Positions 7,414 through 15,921 of a stretch of DNA of 64,000 nucleotides are shown here, one piece after another; positions within the stretch are counted from its first letter, which is position 1, and each line of letters starts with the position of its first letter. The stretch is from Candidatus Binatia bacterium. GTDB taxonomy: Bacteria; Acidobacteriota; Terriglobia; Terriglobales; Acidobacteriaceae. Below the pieces are notes generated by a model. The model saw only the letters and a list, made by a program, of their open reading frames with translations. It had not been told where the DNA came from and searched no databases. Made by a program: the position numbers and the translations under genes. The stretch is taken from positions 4,146 through 68,145 of the forward strand of contig DATJAI010000061.1 in NCBI GenBank assembly GCA_035516415.1. The letters run 5' to 3'.

Positions 7414-8430
7414 TCAGATCGCGCGCCCGAGCGCCGGAGCGATCATTCGTAACTGGTCCATCAATTCGGCGAACTGCTGCGGAAAGAGCGACTGCGCCCC
7501 ATCGGAGAGCGCCTCGTCGGGCGATGGATGCACCTCGATGAGCAGGGCGTCGGCTCCAGCGGCGAGGGAGGCGCAGGCCATGGGCGCTACCTTGTCGCGC
7601 AGGCCCGTACCGTGCGAGGGGTCGGAGGTGATGGGCAGGTGCGACAGTTTGTGGACGATGGGAATGGCCGAAATGTCGAGCGTATTGCGGGTATAGGTCT
7701 CAAAGGTGCGGATGCCGCGCTCGCAGAGGATGATCTGGTAGTTGCCGCCCGACATGATGTATTCGGCCGAAAGCAGCAGCTCCTCGATGGTGGCCGCGAT
7801 ACCGCGCTTCAGCAGCACGGGTTTGCGCACCTTGCCCAGCTCGCGCAGCAGGTTGAAATTCTGCATGTTGCGCGCGCCCACCTGGAAGATGTCAATGTAG
7901 GGCATCATCAGCTCGATCTGGGAAATCTCCATGACTTCGCTGATGACCATCAGGTCGTGGCGGTCGCCGGCTTCGCGCAGCAGCTTGAGCGCGTCCAGAC
8001 CCAGTCCCTGGAAGGTATAGGGCGAACTGCGCGGCTTGAAGGCTCCGCCCCGCAGGACCCTGGCGCCGGCCTTGCGCACCAGTTCGGCTGCGGTGAAAAT
8101 CTGCTCGTGGGACTCGACGGAGCAGGGGCCAGCCATCACGACAACTTCCTTGCCGCCGATCTCCACTCCGTTCGGCAGGCGAACGATAGTGCCCTCGGAG
8201 CGGAAGCTCCTGCCCACCAGCTTGTAGGGCGCGCTGATGCGGTGCACGTTCTGCACGCCGGGAAGGACTTCGAGTTCGCGCGTATCGAAGTCGATGCGCT
8301 TGCCGACCGCGGCCAGCACCGTCTGTCGCGCACCGGTAGTGCGATGCACGGCAAAGCCCATCCTCATCAGGTGGTCAGTAACACCCTGAATCTGGTCTTC
8401 GCTCGCACTCTCCCACATTGCAACGATCAT
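7414..8430 (-). CDS. 3-deoxy-7-phosphoheptulonate (DAHP) synthase, type I-beta with N-terminal ferredoxin-like regulatory domain
   Basis: 338 aa with ...VVVMAGPCSVES..., RGGAFKPRSSPYTFQGLG, KRG. The N-terminal ~70 aa ACT/FL-like domain matches the Thermotoga-type enzyme. Confidence 0.9.
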   Translation of the reverse strand: MIVAMWESASEDQIQGVTDHLMRMGFAVHRTTGARQTVLAAVGKRIDFDTRELEVLPGVQNVHRISAPYKLVGRSFRSEGTIVRLPNGVEIGGKEVVVMAGPCSVESHEQIFTAAELVRKAGARVLRGGAFKPRSSPYTFQGLGLDALKLLREAGDRHDLMVISEVMEISQIELMMPYIDIFQVGARNMQNFNLLRELGKVRKPVLLKRGIAATIEELLLSAEYIMSGGNYQIILCERGIRTFETYTRNTLDISAIPIVHKLSHLPITSDPSHGTGLRDKVAPMACASLAAGADALLIEVHPSPDEALSDGAQSLFPQQFAELMDQLRMIAPALGRAI

Positions 8431-8436
8431 GAATGC

Positions 8437-8485
8437 CGCTCTTCGCTGTTCGCTCTTCGCTTTTGGCTTTTGGCTGTTAGCGTCT
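8437..8485. repeat. Heptanucleotide-periodic tract, 7 units (cgctctt cgctgtt cgctctt cgctttt ggctttt ggctgtt agcgtct)
   Basis: Read directly. Lies in the 118-bp gap between chorismate mutase and DAHP synthase. Confidence 0.7.
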
Positions 8486-8514
8486 GCCCCGCAATCTCAA
8501 CTCGCGGTTCTTGA

Positions 8515-8542
8515 CTGGCCACAGATCACTGACCACTGGCCA
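8515..8542. repeat. Heptanucleotide-periodic tract, 4 units (ctggcca cagatca ctgacca ctggcca)
   Basis: Read directly, in the same intergenic gap. Confidence 0.65.
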
Positions 8543-8548
8543 CCGCCT

Positions 8549-8863
8549 TCAGTCGTTCGGCTCCAGTTCCGTGCCGTCTTCCGCAATCTCAGCTTCCGGC
8601 GCCATCTCGTCACGCTGGATCTGGCGCATCACGTCGATCAGGCGCTCGTAAACCTGGCGCAGTTGTACCTGCGACAGCGGTCCTGCATTCTGACGCTCGA
8701 TGTTCTCGAAGATGATCTTTTCCCGGTCCGGTTCGTAAACCGGCATCTCCGAGTTGCGCTTCAGCTTGCCGATCTCATGGGCACAGCGCGCCCGTTCATT
8801 CAGCAGTTTCACCAGCGTGCGGTCGAGATCGTCGATCTTCCTGCGCCATCCATCGATGTCCAT
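8549..8863 (-). CDS. Chorismate mutase, AroQ class
   Basis: 104 aa. RRKIDDLDRTLVKLLNERARCAHEIGKLK..., PVYEPDREKII. Confidence 0.85.
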   Translation of the reverse strand: MDIDGWRRKIDDLDRTLVKLLNERARCAHEIGKLKRNSEMPVYEPDREKIIFENIERQNAGPLSQVQLRQVYERLIDVMRQIQRDEMAPEAEIAEDGTELEPND

Positions 8864-8898
8864 GGCGGTCCTGACCCGAATGCCCTTCCTCCGCCGGC

Positions 8899-9681
8899 TT
8901 ACGTGCTGGCCCGGGCATGCTGCGCAGCCTGGGTGAGGAAGGAGAGAAATTCTGACACAGCGGCGGCTTCACGGCCCGGGTTCTGTTCAATACGCTGAAC
9001 GATGGCGCTGCCGATTACCGCGGCATCGGCGAAGTTGCCGACTTCGGCGAACTGCTCCGGGGTGGAGACGCCGAAACCCACTGCAATCGGCAGGCTGGTG
9101 TGCGCCCGCAGGCGCTGGACCAGGGCCCGCGCATCGCCTGCCAGTTCCTGCCGCGGGCCGGTGATCCCGGTGCGGGAAATCGCATAGATGAAGCCGCGCG
9201 AGCGGCGTGCGATGGCCTGCAGGCGCTCATCCGTGCTGGTGGGAGCGGCGAGAAATACCGGCGCCAGCCTGTGAGCCTTCATCGCGCGCAGATAATCCGC
9301 GGCCTCTTCGATAGGCAGATCAGTGACGAGCGCGCCGTCGACCCGGGCGTCCGCCGACGCCTGACAAAACTTCTCGAGACCGTATTGGAGGATCGGGTTC
9401 AGATACGAAAAGATGATGAGACCGGCGTCCGATTGCCGGCGGATTTGCTTTGCAGTTTCGAGCACACCGGCCAGGTCGGTGCCGTGTTTCAGCGCGCGCT
9501 CACTGGCCCGCTGAATCACCGGTCCGTCGGCCACAGGATCGCTGAAGGGCACGCCCAGCTCGATCACGTCGGCTCCGGCATGAATCGCAGCCAATGCGAC
9601 ATCGCGCGAGGTGTCGAGATCGGGATCGCCGCAGGTAATATAGGCGACCAGGCCGGGACGCTTTTTGAAGCGAAGGCTCAT
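8899..9681 (-). CDS. trpA: Tryptophan synthase alpha chain
   Basis: LVAYITCGDPD, IELGVPFSDPVADGPVIQ, GFIYAISRTGITG, VGFGVS. Start placed at MSLRFKK (9681); ORF-track start is 9714. Confidence 0.9.
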   Translation of the reverse strand: MSLRFKKRPGLVAYITCGDPDLDTSRDVALAAIHAGADVIELGVPFSDPVADGPVIQRASERALKHGTDLAGVLETAKQIRRQSDAGLIIFSYLNPILQYGLEKFCQASADARVDGALVTDLPIEEAADYLRAMKAHRLAPVFLAAPTSTDERLQAIARRSRGFIYAISRTGITGPRQELAGDARALVQRLRAHTSLPIAVGFGVSTPEQFAEVGNFADAAVIGSAIVQRIEQNPGREAAAVSEFLSFLTQAAQHARAST

Positions 9682-9720
9682 TGGCACGATGCTAACGTTC
9701 GGTGCGCACCCCAAAATCGG

Positions 9721-9863
9721 TTGTCATCCCGACCGAGGACTTCGGTCCGAGTGGAGGGACCCGCTGTCCTCGCGAAGAAAGCAGGTCCTTCGACTGCGCG
9801 TCCACCCGACCCGTGACAAAGCGGGTCGGAAAGACTACACGGACGCTCCGCTCAGGACGACAA
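9721..9863. mobile_element. MITE-like ~143-bp insert between trpB and trpA with imperfect terminal inverted repeats and internal hairpins
   Basis: Ends ttgtcatcccgac (9721..9733) and ctcaggacgacaa (9851..9863) match 10/13 as inverted repeats. Hairpins at 9731..9747 and 9806..9829. The 11-mer ccgctcaggac recurs inverted at 40187..40197. Confidence 0.4.
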
Positions 9864-9917
9864 TCAGAACCCTGGTCGCGTTCAAAGTGATACTCTCTGC
9901 AGAATCCTGTTCACTTA

Positions 9918-11168
9918 TCAGAACTGCAGGTTCTCCCGCAGAATCCCGATATCCTTGTCCCCGCGCCCGGAGACATTAACTATCACTATGTCTGAATGCG
10001 ACATTCCAGGAGCGCGCTTCATGCATTCGGCCACCGCGTGCGCCGACTCCAGGGCCGGGATGATACCTTCCATCCGCGCCAGCGTGCGGCAGGCATCCAG
10101 CGCCTCCTGATCGCTGGCCGAGACATACTCGGCGCGTCCCTCATCGTGCAGCAGCGCGTGTTCGGGACCGATGGCGGGATAATCCAGCCCGGCAGAGACC
10201 GAGTGCGTGGCCGCGATCTGCCCGGAGGGGTCCTGCAACACATACGAGTAGGTTCCCTGCAGCACCCCGGGACCTCCGCCCTCAAAGCGGGCGGCATGTT
10301 CGCCGAGGGCGTGGCCGCGTCCGCCGGCCTCGACGCCGATGAGCCTGACCTCGCGGTCAGGGATGAATTCATGGAAGATGCCGATGGCATTGGAGCCGCC
10401 GCCGACACAGGCGATGACCGCAACCGGCAGCCGGCCCTCGGCTTTCAGGATCTGCCGGCGCGCCTCCTGGCCGATGACGCGGTGAAAGTCGCGCACCAAG
10501 GTAGGGTACGGATGCGCGCCCAGAACGCTGCCCAGCAGATAATGGGTGGTGCGGACGTTGGTGACCCAGTCGCGCATGGCCTCGTTGATGGCGTCTTTGA
10601 GGGTGCGCGAGCCGGAATCCACCCCTCGCACCTCCGCCCCCAGCAGCCGCATGCGGAAGACGTTCAGCTCCTGCCGCCGCATATCTTCCGTGCCCATGTA
10701 GACCACGCACTCCATGCCGAACAGGGCGCAGACGGTTGCCGTGGCAACCCCGTGTTGACCCGCGCCGGTTTCGGCGATGATGCGATGCTTGCCCATGCGC
10801 CGCGCCAGCAGCGCCTGCCCGATGCAGTTGTTGATCTTGTGGGCGCCGGTGTGCAGCAGGTCTTCGCGCTTGAGGTAGATCCTGGCGCCGCCCAGATGGC
10901 TCGTAAGGCGCTCGGCCAGGAAGAGCGGCGTGGGACGGCCGGCGAAGTCGGCCAGCAGGCGGTGGTATTCGTCACGAAAGGACTTGTCCCTGCGCGCGGT
11001 CGAATATGCGGCCTCAAGCTCCTGCAAAGCCGCCATCAGCGTCTCGGGAACGTACCGCCCGCCATAGGCGCCGAAGCGTCCTCGGGCGGCGCGCGGACGT
11101 TTCACGTCCGCACAGCCGGGCCGCGCAGCGGGTGACGAGGGTTGCATCGTGCTGGAGGGTTCTTCCAT
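9918..11168 (-). CDS. trpB: Tryptophan synthase beta chain
   Basis: [40 protein letters not shown]. Confidence 0.95.
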   Translation of the reverse strand: MEEPSSTMQPSSPAARPGCADVKRPRAARGRFGAYGGRYVPETLMAALQELEAAYSTARRDKSFRDEYHRLLADFAGRPTPLFLAERLTSHLGGARIYLKREDLLHTGAHKINNCIGQALLARRMGKHRIIAETGAGQHGVATATVCALFGMECVVYMGTEDMRRQELNVFRMRLLGAEVRGVDSGSRTLKDAINEAMRDWVTNVRTTHYLLGSVLGAHPYPTLVRDFHRVIGQEARRQILKAEGRLPVAVIACVGGGSNAIGIFHEFIPDREVRLIGVEAGGRGHALGEHAARFEGGGPGVLQGTYSYVLQDPSGQIAATHSVSAGLDYPAIGPEHALLHDEGRAEYVSASDQEALDACRTLARMEGIIPALESAHAVAECMKRAPGMSHSDIVIVNVSGRGDKDIGILRENLQF

Positions 11169-11172
11169 GGCT

Positions 11173-11874
11173 TCACTTCACCGCCGCTTTCGTGGCACGC
11201 GCCGCCGCGACGAAGTCGCGCAGCTTAGCTTCATCCTTCTGCCCCGGCGCGCGTTCCACGCCAGTGACAACATCAACGCCCCATGGCGCGAACAGCTCAA
11301 GTGCGCGGGCGACATTGCCGGCAGTCAGTCCGCCGGCGATGACGAGCGGCAGCGCTTGCCGAATCGTCGCGGCCAGCCCTGCAAGTTCCTCCCACGGAAA
11401 CGCAACACCCGTTCCTCCCCGCTGCCGGGGCGATCCCGAATCGAGCAGGATGGCATCGACGCTGTCGCGCGCGGCGAGATATTCCTCGAGCCCATTGCGC
11501 GCCGCGCCCAATAGCTGCCCCGCATGGAGCGTTTTGACGATCGTGCGCCTGCCCAGCATCCGCCGGAACCTTGGCAGCAGGGCAGCAGGTTCGTCACCGT
11601 GCAATTGCACTCCGGTCAATCCTGCCGCCTCGGCTACTTCTGCCAACTGCTCCGGAGCTCCGTTGACGAATACGCCAATCCTCTCGATGGAATCCGGCAG
11701 GCCTTTTACGATCTCAGCCGCCGCTGCAATTTCAATCCGCCGCGGACTGGGAGCAAAGACGAACCCCAGCGCATCGGCGCCCGTCGCCACGCCCAACTGC
11801 GCATCATGCAGGCTGGTTGTGCCGCAAATTTTTATCCAGGTCACCGGCACCAGTCTCCCCTCATCAGCGGGCAA
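11173..11874 (-). CDS. trpF: Phosphoribosylanthranilate isomerase
   Basis: [29 protein letters not shown]; overlaps trpC by 11 nt. Confidence 0.85.
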   Translation of the reverse strand: MPADEGRLVPVTWIKICGTTSLHDAQLGVATGADALGFVFAPSPRRIEIAAAAEIVKGLPDSIERIGVFVNGAPEQLAEVAEAAGLTGVQLHGDEPAALLPRFRRMLGRRTIVKTLHAGQLLGAARNGLEEYLAARDSVDAILLDSGSPRQRGGTGVAFPWEELAGLAATIRQALPLVIAGGLTAGNVARALELFAPWGVDVVTGVERAPGQKDEAKLRDFVAAARATKAAVK

Positions 11875-12664
11875 CCATGGATTGCGTCACCAATTCCCGC
11901 AAAGCTTCGCCCGGGTGGGGAGAGCGCATCAGGCTTCCTCCTATCAGGAAAGCATCGAAGCCGGCCTGGCGCAGTCGCGCAACATCTTCGGCACTCTCAA
12001 TGCCGCTTTCCGCGACCTTCAGCACACCGGAGGGGATGTGTTCGGCCAGCCGCAATGAGGTGTTGAGATCAACCCTGAAGGTGCGCAGATCGCGGTTGTT
12101 CACCCCAATGGTGTCAAAGCCGGCATCCAGGGCGCGCTGCAACTCCGCCGCATCGTGTACCTCGCAGAGCATGTCGAGCTCGAACGCGAGTGCCCGCCGC
12201 CTGAGCTCCAGCAGTTCGGAGTCGCGGAGCGCGGCGACGATCAGCAGAATCGCATCGGCGCCATGAGCGCGCGCCTCAAGGAGCTGGAACTCGTCAACGA
12301 TAAAGTCCTTGCGCAGGCAGGGAAGCCTTGTGGCTTCTGAGGCAAGCTCCAGGTTCTTCAGCGATCCCTGGAAGTAGCGCTCGTCGGTCAGCACGGAAAG
12401 GGCCGCAGCCCCGCCGGCCTCCAGCTCGCGGGCAAGCTCGGACACGGCAAAATCCGCGCGAATAAGCCCCTTCGACGGAGATGCCTTCTTCAGTTCCGCT
12501 ATGATGGCAGGCCCGGTGCGGGCCCCTGCGCGCAGGGCCTGGCGAAATCCACGCGGTTTGTGGCGTCCCGCGGCGACATCGAGCGCCCGCAGTTCCTCGG
12601 CTGATCTGGGGCCGGCCAGCCCGCGCCGTGTGACAGCGATGATTTCCTCCAGTTTGGTCGCCAT
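11864..12664 (-). CDS. trpC: Indole-3-glycerol phosphate synthase
   Basis: IIAELKKASPSKG, LSVLTDERYFQGS, LRKDFIVDEFQ, IGVNNRDL. Confidence 0.9.
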   Translation of the reverse strand: MATKLEEIIAVTRRGLAGPRSAEELRALDVAAGRHKPRGFRQALRAGARTGPAIIAELKKASPSKGLIRADFAVSELARELEAGGAAALSVLTDERYFQGSLKNLELASEATRLPCLRKDFIVDEFQLLEARAHGADAILLIVAALRDSELLELRRRALAFELDMLCEVHDAAELQRALDAGFDTIGVNNRDLRTFRVDLNTSLRLAEHIPSGVLKVAESGIESAEDVARLRQAGFDAFLIGGSLMRSPHPGEALRELVTQSMVAR

Positions 12665-12676
12665 GGGGATTCAGAG

Positions 12677-12682
12677 AGTATA
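12677..12682 (-). promoter_or_regulatory. Candidate -10 hexamer TATACT (minus strand), 12 nt upstream of the trpC ATG
   Basis: Plus-strand agtata at 12677..12682. Predicted leader is ~6 nt. Confidence 0.3.
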
Positions 12683-12907
12683 CCTGCTGGCGGCAGTTGG
12701 CTGCGCCAGGCGCTCCTGCAGGTGAAGCCCGGGCGCAGTTCTCACTCACGCCTGGCTGGCCCCCATCGCGTGAACGAAAGTTGTAGGAACTCGGGCAAAA
12801 GCATTATTTCCAACCCAGGATTCATCGGCTACGCTGGGGTTACGGATACGAGCCTTGCGACTGTATCAAGTTGACCCGCGCTATCGCGGCAGAGGCACTC
12901 GCGCGCC

Positions 12908-15373
12908 ATGAAGAGTTTCCGCCCACTTCCTTTGCTGTATCTGGCCCTGGCTCTCTCGCCTGCGCTGTGCCAGGAACGGACGATGGCCCGGCTCGGCGCT
13001 GAAGGCAGAGGGGATGTTGCGCAGCCCGCCACCCTGCCCGGCGATGGGCACGTCGCCCCGGCGCCCCATGCCGCTCCCTTGCGCGACGCCGCGCTTTCGC
13101 GTTCCGCGGCGCGAGCCTACTTTGTCGATTCGAACCCCGAGCGCGCCCGCGCTCTGGCGGGCCGTGCGTTGCGGCGCGATCGCAGGGACGGCGAGGCGCT
13201 ATTCGTCCGCATGGAAGTGGCCGGAATGGAAGCTGACGAGACGGCCCTGCTGGATGCGGCCATGCGGTTGTGCGAGCTGGGCGCCGGAGCGCCTGACGAT
13301 CCGCGGGTATGGCTGGCTGCGACGCGGATGCGCGAGTCGGCGGCAAATACTCCCGCGTTCCGGGAGATGATTCCCCGCATTCAGTCGCTGCTCGGGAGTT
13401 CACCGGCAAGCTGGCCCGAGCTCCGTGCCGCTCTGCTGAAGTCCGCGATGGACGGTGCTCCCGGACTCGACGCTTACTCGGTCTCGCGCGCCGCCGGCAT
13501 TCTTACCGACTGGCGCATTGTGGGGCCATTCGGACATCAACTGCTGTCCGTTTCAGAGCAGCAGCCGATCTCGCCTGATGACGACCTCGGCAGAAGTTCC
13601 TATCAGAGCCGTGCGGTGGAGAACTTCCAGTTTCCCGACGGCTGGATCGTGCTGCCGGATTATCTCTCACATCCCGGTGTGTTCTATGCCGCTGCGGGGT
13701 TTGCCTCATTGACCGAGGGGAGCTGGACAGTGGAGGCCGAGGCGCGCGGCATGGCAGAGATCTATGTGGACGGGCAACACGTGCTCAGCACCAGCGCGGC
13801 GCGCAGCCGTGAGTCGGCGAATATCGAGGTGCCGCCCGGCCCTCACCGCCTGCTGCTGAAGCTGGACGGCTCGGCGACACCGTTGCGCGTATCCATCGTC
13901 CGAGCGCCCGACGAAAAGCGCAGCCCAATACCGGCCAGGCTGTCGGTTCAGGAACTGACGTATCTTCTGGCTGCCGGAGACTACGCAGCCGGGGAATTCG
14001 CCTCAGCGGCCAGACAGATCAAGGCAATATCCGGAAGCGATTCGGCGGCGCTGCAGTTTCTGCTGGCGCAGGCGCGTACGGAACAATTTCCGAATTCAGT
14101 GGAGGCCGCCGCAGCCTGGTCGAGACTGAGTTCGATTGCGCCTGAAGCGCTGGTAGTTGATGAGATGCTGGGCCGGAGAGCGCTGAGTGAAGGCAAGGCC
14201 GCGGAGGCTATCAGCCGTGCCGAGCACGTGCTGGGGGAGCGGCCCGGCGACATCGGGGCGCTGGAAACTCTGAGCGACGCCCGGGGAACGCGCGCCCCGG
14301 CGAATCAACTGTCCCTCTGGGCGGAGCGGATCGCGCTACATCCGTCCTGCCAGGCATTGCGCCGCGCAATCGACTTCTATCGGGCGCAAGGGCTCTCCGC
14401 CGAGGCCAGCGCGGTACAGCAGAAGCTGGATGGCTGCGCTCCGGAGTCGCTCGATTACGCCCGGCTGCTGTCGGAGGAGGGAAACCATGCCGAAGCGGCA
14501 CGCTCTCTGGAACGTCTGCTCGCGGCAGCGCCATTGAATCGGGCGGCGCGGCTGATGCTGGTCCGCGAGCTGCAAGTGGCAGGGGAAGATGAGGCGGCGC
14601 AGCGTGCCGCGGCCTCGTGGATGCGGGTAGCGCCGAATGCGGAGAATTATCACCGGCTTGCGGCAGCGGCGGGGGAAGCGGCTGGCGCGAAAGAGGCTTC
14701 GCTGGCAGCAGATTTCTACGCGCGCTATCGCCGAGATGCCGGGTTACTGGCGCATGAGGCATCGACCGATCCCGGCGAAGACGGGGTTGTGCTGCTTGAC
14801 GACCACGTTGCCATCTCGCGCCCGGATGGAAGCGTTTCCCTCTACGTCCACACCACGAAGCGCTTTTCGGCAGCGCAGGCGATTCCCATGCCCCCGCAGC
14901 AGGCGCAGGTGGTGGGCCTGCGGGTCCTCCATCCCGACGGCACGCAATCGCCAATCGAACGTTACGGCCGGCCTGTTTTCATGCTGGCGCCCGGCGACTC
15001 GCTGGACGAGGAGTACGTGCTCAACTACGCCGGAGATGGGGGAATCCCGGAGCACCCGGAGGCGTTTCAGTTCGTCTTCGGGAGCTTCAACGAGGCCGTG
15101 CTGCATGCCCGGTTCGTGGTGCTGAGCCCGGCGGAACAGGCCGATCGGGGCGTCGTCATCGCCACCGGGGAGCCGCCGCAGATGCAGGCGAAGGTGCGGG
15201 ATGGCATGCTCGAGCGGATTTGGGACCAGGAGACGCCCTGCCTGGATCCCACGGAGGGGCTGGCCATCATACGCGTGGTGGAGCAGGAGAATGGCTGGAG
15301 CGAGCCCAGCAGTGCCGAACACCAGCGCCGCCTTGAAACCATCCATCCAGGCCCGCAGCCGGAAGACTCCTGA
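12908..15373 (+). CDS. Large secreted TPR-like repeat protein; C-terminal region possibly DUF3857-like
   Basis: Signal peptide MKSFRPLPLLYLALALSPALCQ. The long Ala/Leu/Arg-rich helical-repeat middle is coherent over 821 aa. The domain call is tentative. Confidence 0.55.
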   Translation: MKSFRPLPLLYLALALSPALCQERTMARLGAEGRGDVAQPATLPGDGHVAPAPHAAPLRDAALSRSAARAYFVDSNPERARALAGRALRRDRRDGEALFVRMEVAGMEADETALLDAAMRLCELGAGAPDDPRVWLAATRMRESAANTPAFREMIPRIQSLLGSSPASWPELRAALLKSAMDGAPGLDAYSVSRAAGILTDWRIVGPFGHQLLSVSEQQPISPDDDLGRSSYQSRAVENFQFPDGWIVLPDYLSHPGVFYAAAGFASLTEGSWTVEAEARGMAEIYVDGQHVLSTSAARSRESANIEVPPGPHRLLLKLDGSATPLRVSIVRAPDEKRSPIPARLSVQELTYLLAAGDYAAGEFASAARQIKAISGSDSAALQFLLAQARTEQFPNSVEAAAAWSRLSSIAPEALVVDEMLGRRALSEGKAAEAISRAEHVLGERPGDIGALETLSDARGTRAPANQLSLWAERIALHPSCQALRRAIDFYRAQGLSAEASAVQQKLDGCAPESLDYARLLSEEGNHAEAARSLERLLAAAPLNRAARLMLVRELQVAGEDEAAQRAAASWMRVAPNAENYHRLAAAAGEAAGAKEASLAADFYARYRRDAGLLAHEASTDPGEDGVVLLDDHVAISRPDGSVSLYVHTTKRFSAAQAIPMPPQQAQVVGLRVLHPDGTQSPIERYGRPVFMLAPGDSLDEEYVLNYAGDGGIPEHPEAFQFVFGSFNEAVLHARFVVLSPAEQADRGVVIATGEPPQMQAKVRDGMLERIWDQETPCLDPTEGLAIIRVVEQENGWSEPSSAEHQRRLETIHPGPQPEDS

Positions 15374-15485
15374 TTTTCCTGAAAGATCTGAGTACGGAAT
15401 TCACCGTGCAGACAAGCAGGGCACGGGGATATCTGAATGTGTCTCCAGGCCTGTGGCGTGGCTCAAGCTGGACTGAAGAAGGCGG

Positions 15486-15782
15486 CTAGGAGCCGAATTC
15501 GGAGCGAATTCCCCGCCAGGCGCTAACGCTGCGCCGCTCGGCCTCCTCGGCAAAGCCTTCCCCCAGTTTCTGCAGGGTGGAAAAAATCTGCATGCCTTTG
15601 TGCAGATAATCGGGGGCGTTTTCCCATACCGCCTCGAACTTTTCCGGATACTCCGATGCCAGTATGGCAAGACCGGCGGCGGCAAATGCCATGCCGGCAG
15701 GCCGGCGGCGCGTAAGGATGAGCACTGCGCCCGCGCCGATCGATCCCAGCACAATTGCTTTCTTCCAGCTTTGCATAATCAC
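15486..15782 (-). CDS. Small hypothetical membrane protein
   Basis: 98 aa with two hydrophobic segments (AIVLGSIGAGAVLIL, MAFAAAGLAILA). No family recognised. Confidence 0.4.
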   Translation of the reverse strand: MIMQSWKKAIVLGSIGAGAVLILTRRRPAGMAFAAAGLAILASEYPEKFEAVWENAPDYLHKGMQIFSTLQKLGEGFAEEAERRSVSAWRGIRSEFGS

Positions 15783-15921
15783 CTCAACCAGGCTGAATGA
15801 GAAACCCGAAGTAGTTTAGAGCAGTTCTCGCCCGCTGCCGTTGCATGCCGCCCGACGTAAACTCCCGGGGGTGATGCCGCCGCAGCCCCCGGACCCGCAG
15901 CTCCGGCGCGACCAACACCCG

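Noticed and set aside
12665-12907. Trp attenuator or leader peptide upstream of trpC.
   Set aside because: The only small minus-strand ORF (MNPGLEIMLLPEFLQLSFTRWGPARRE) has a single Trp and no tandem Trp codons, and I found no obvious alternative terminator/antiterminator pairings.
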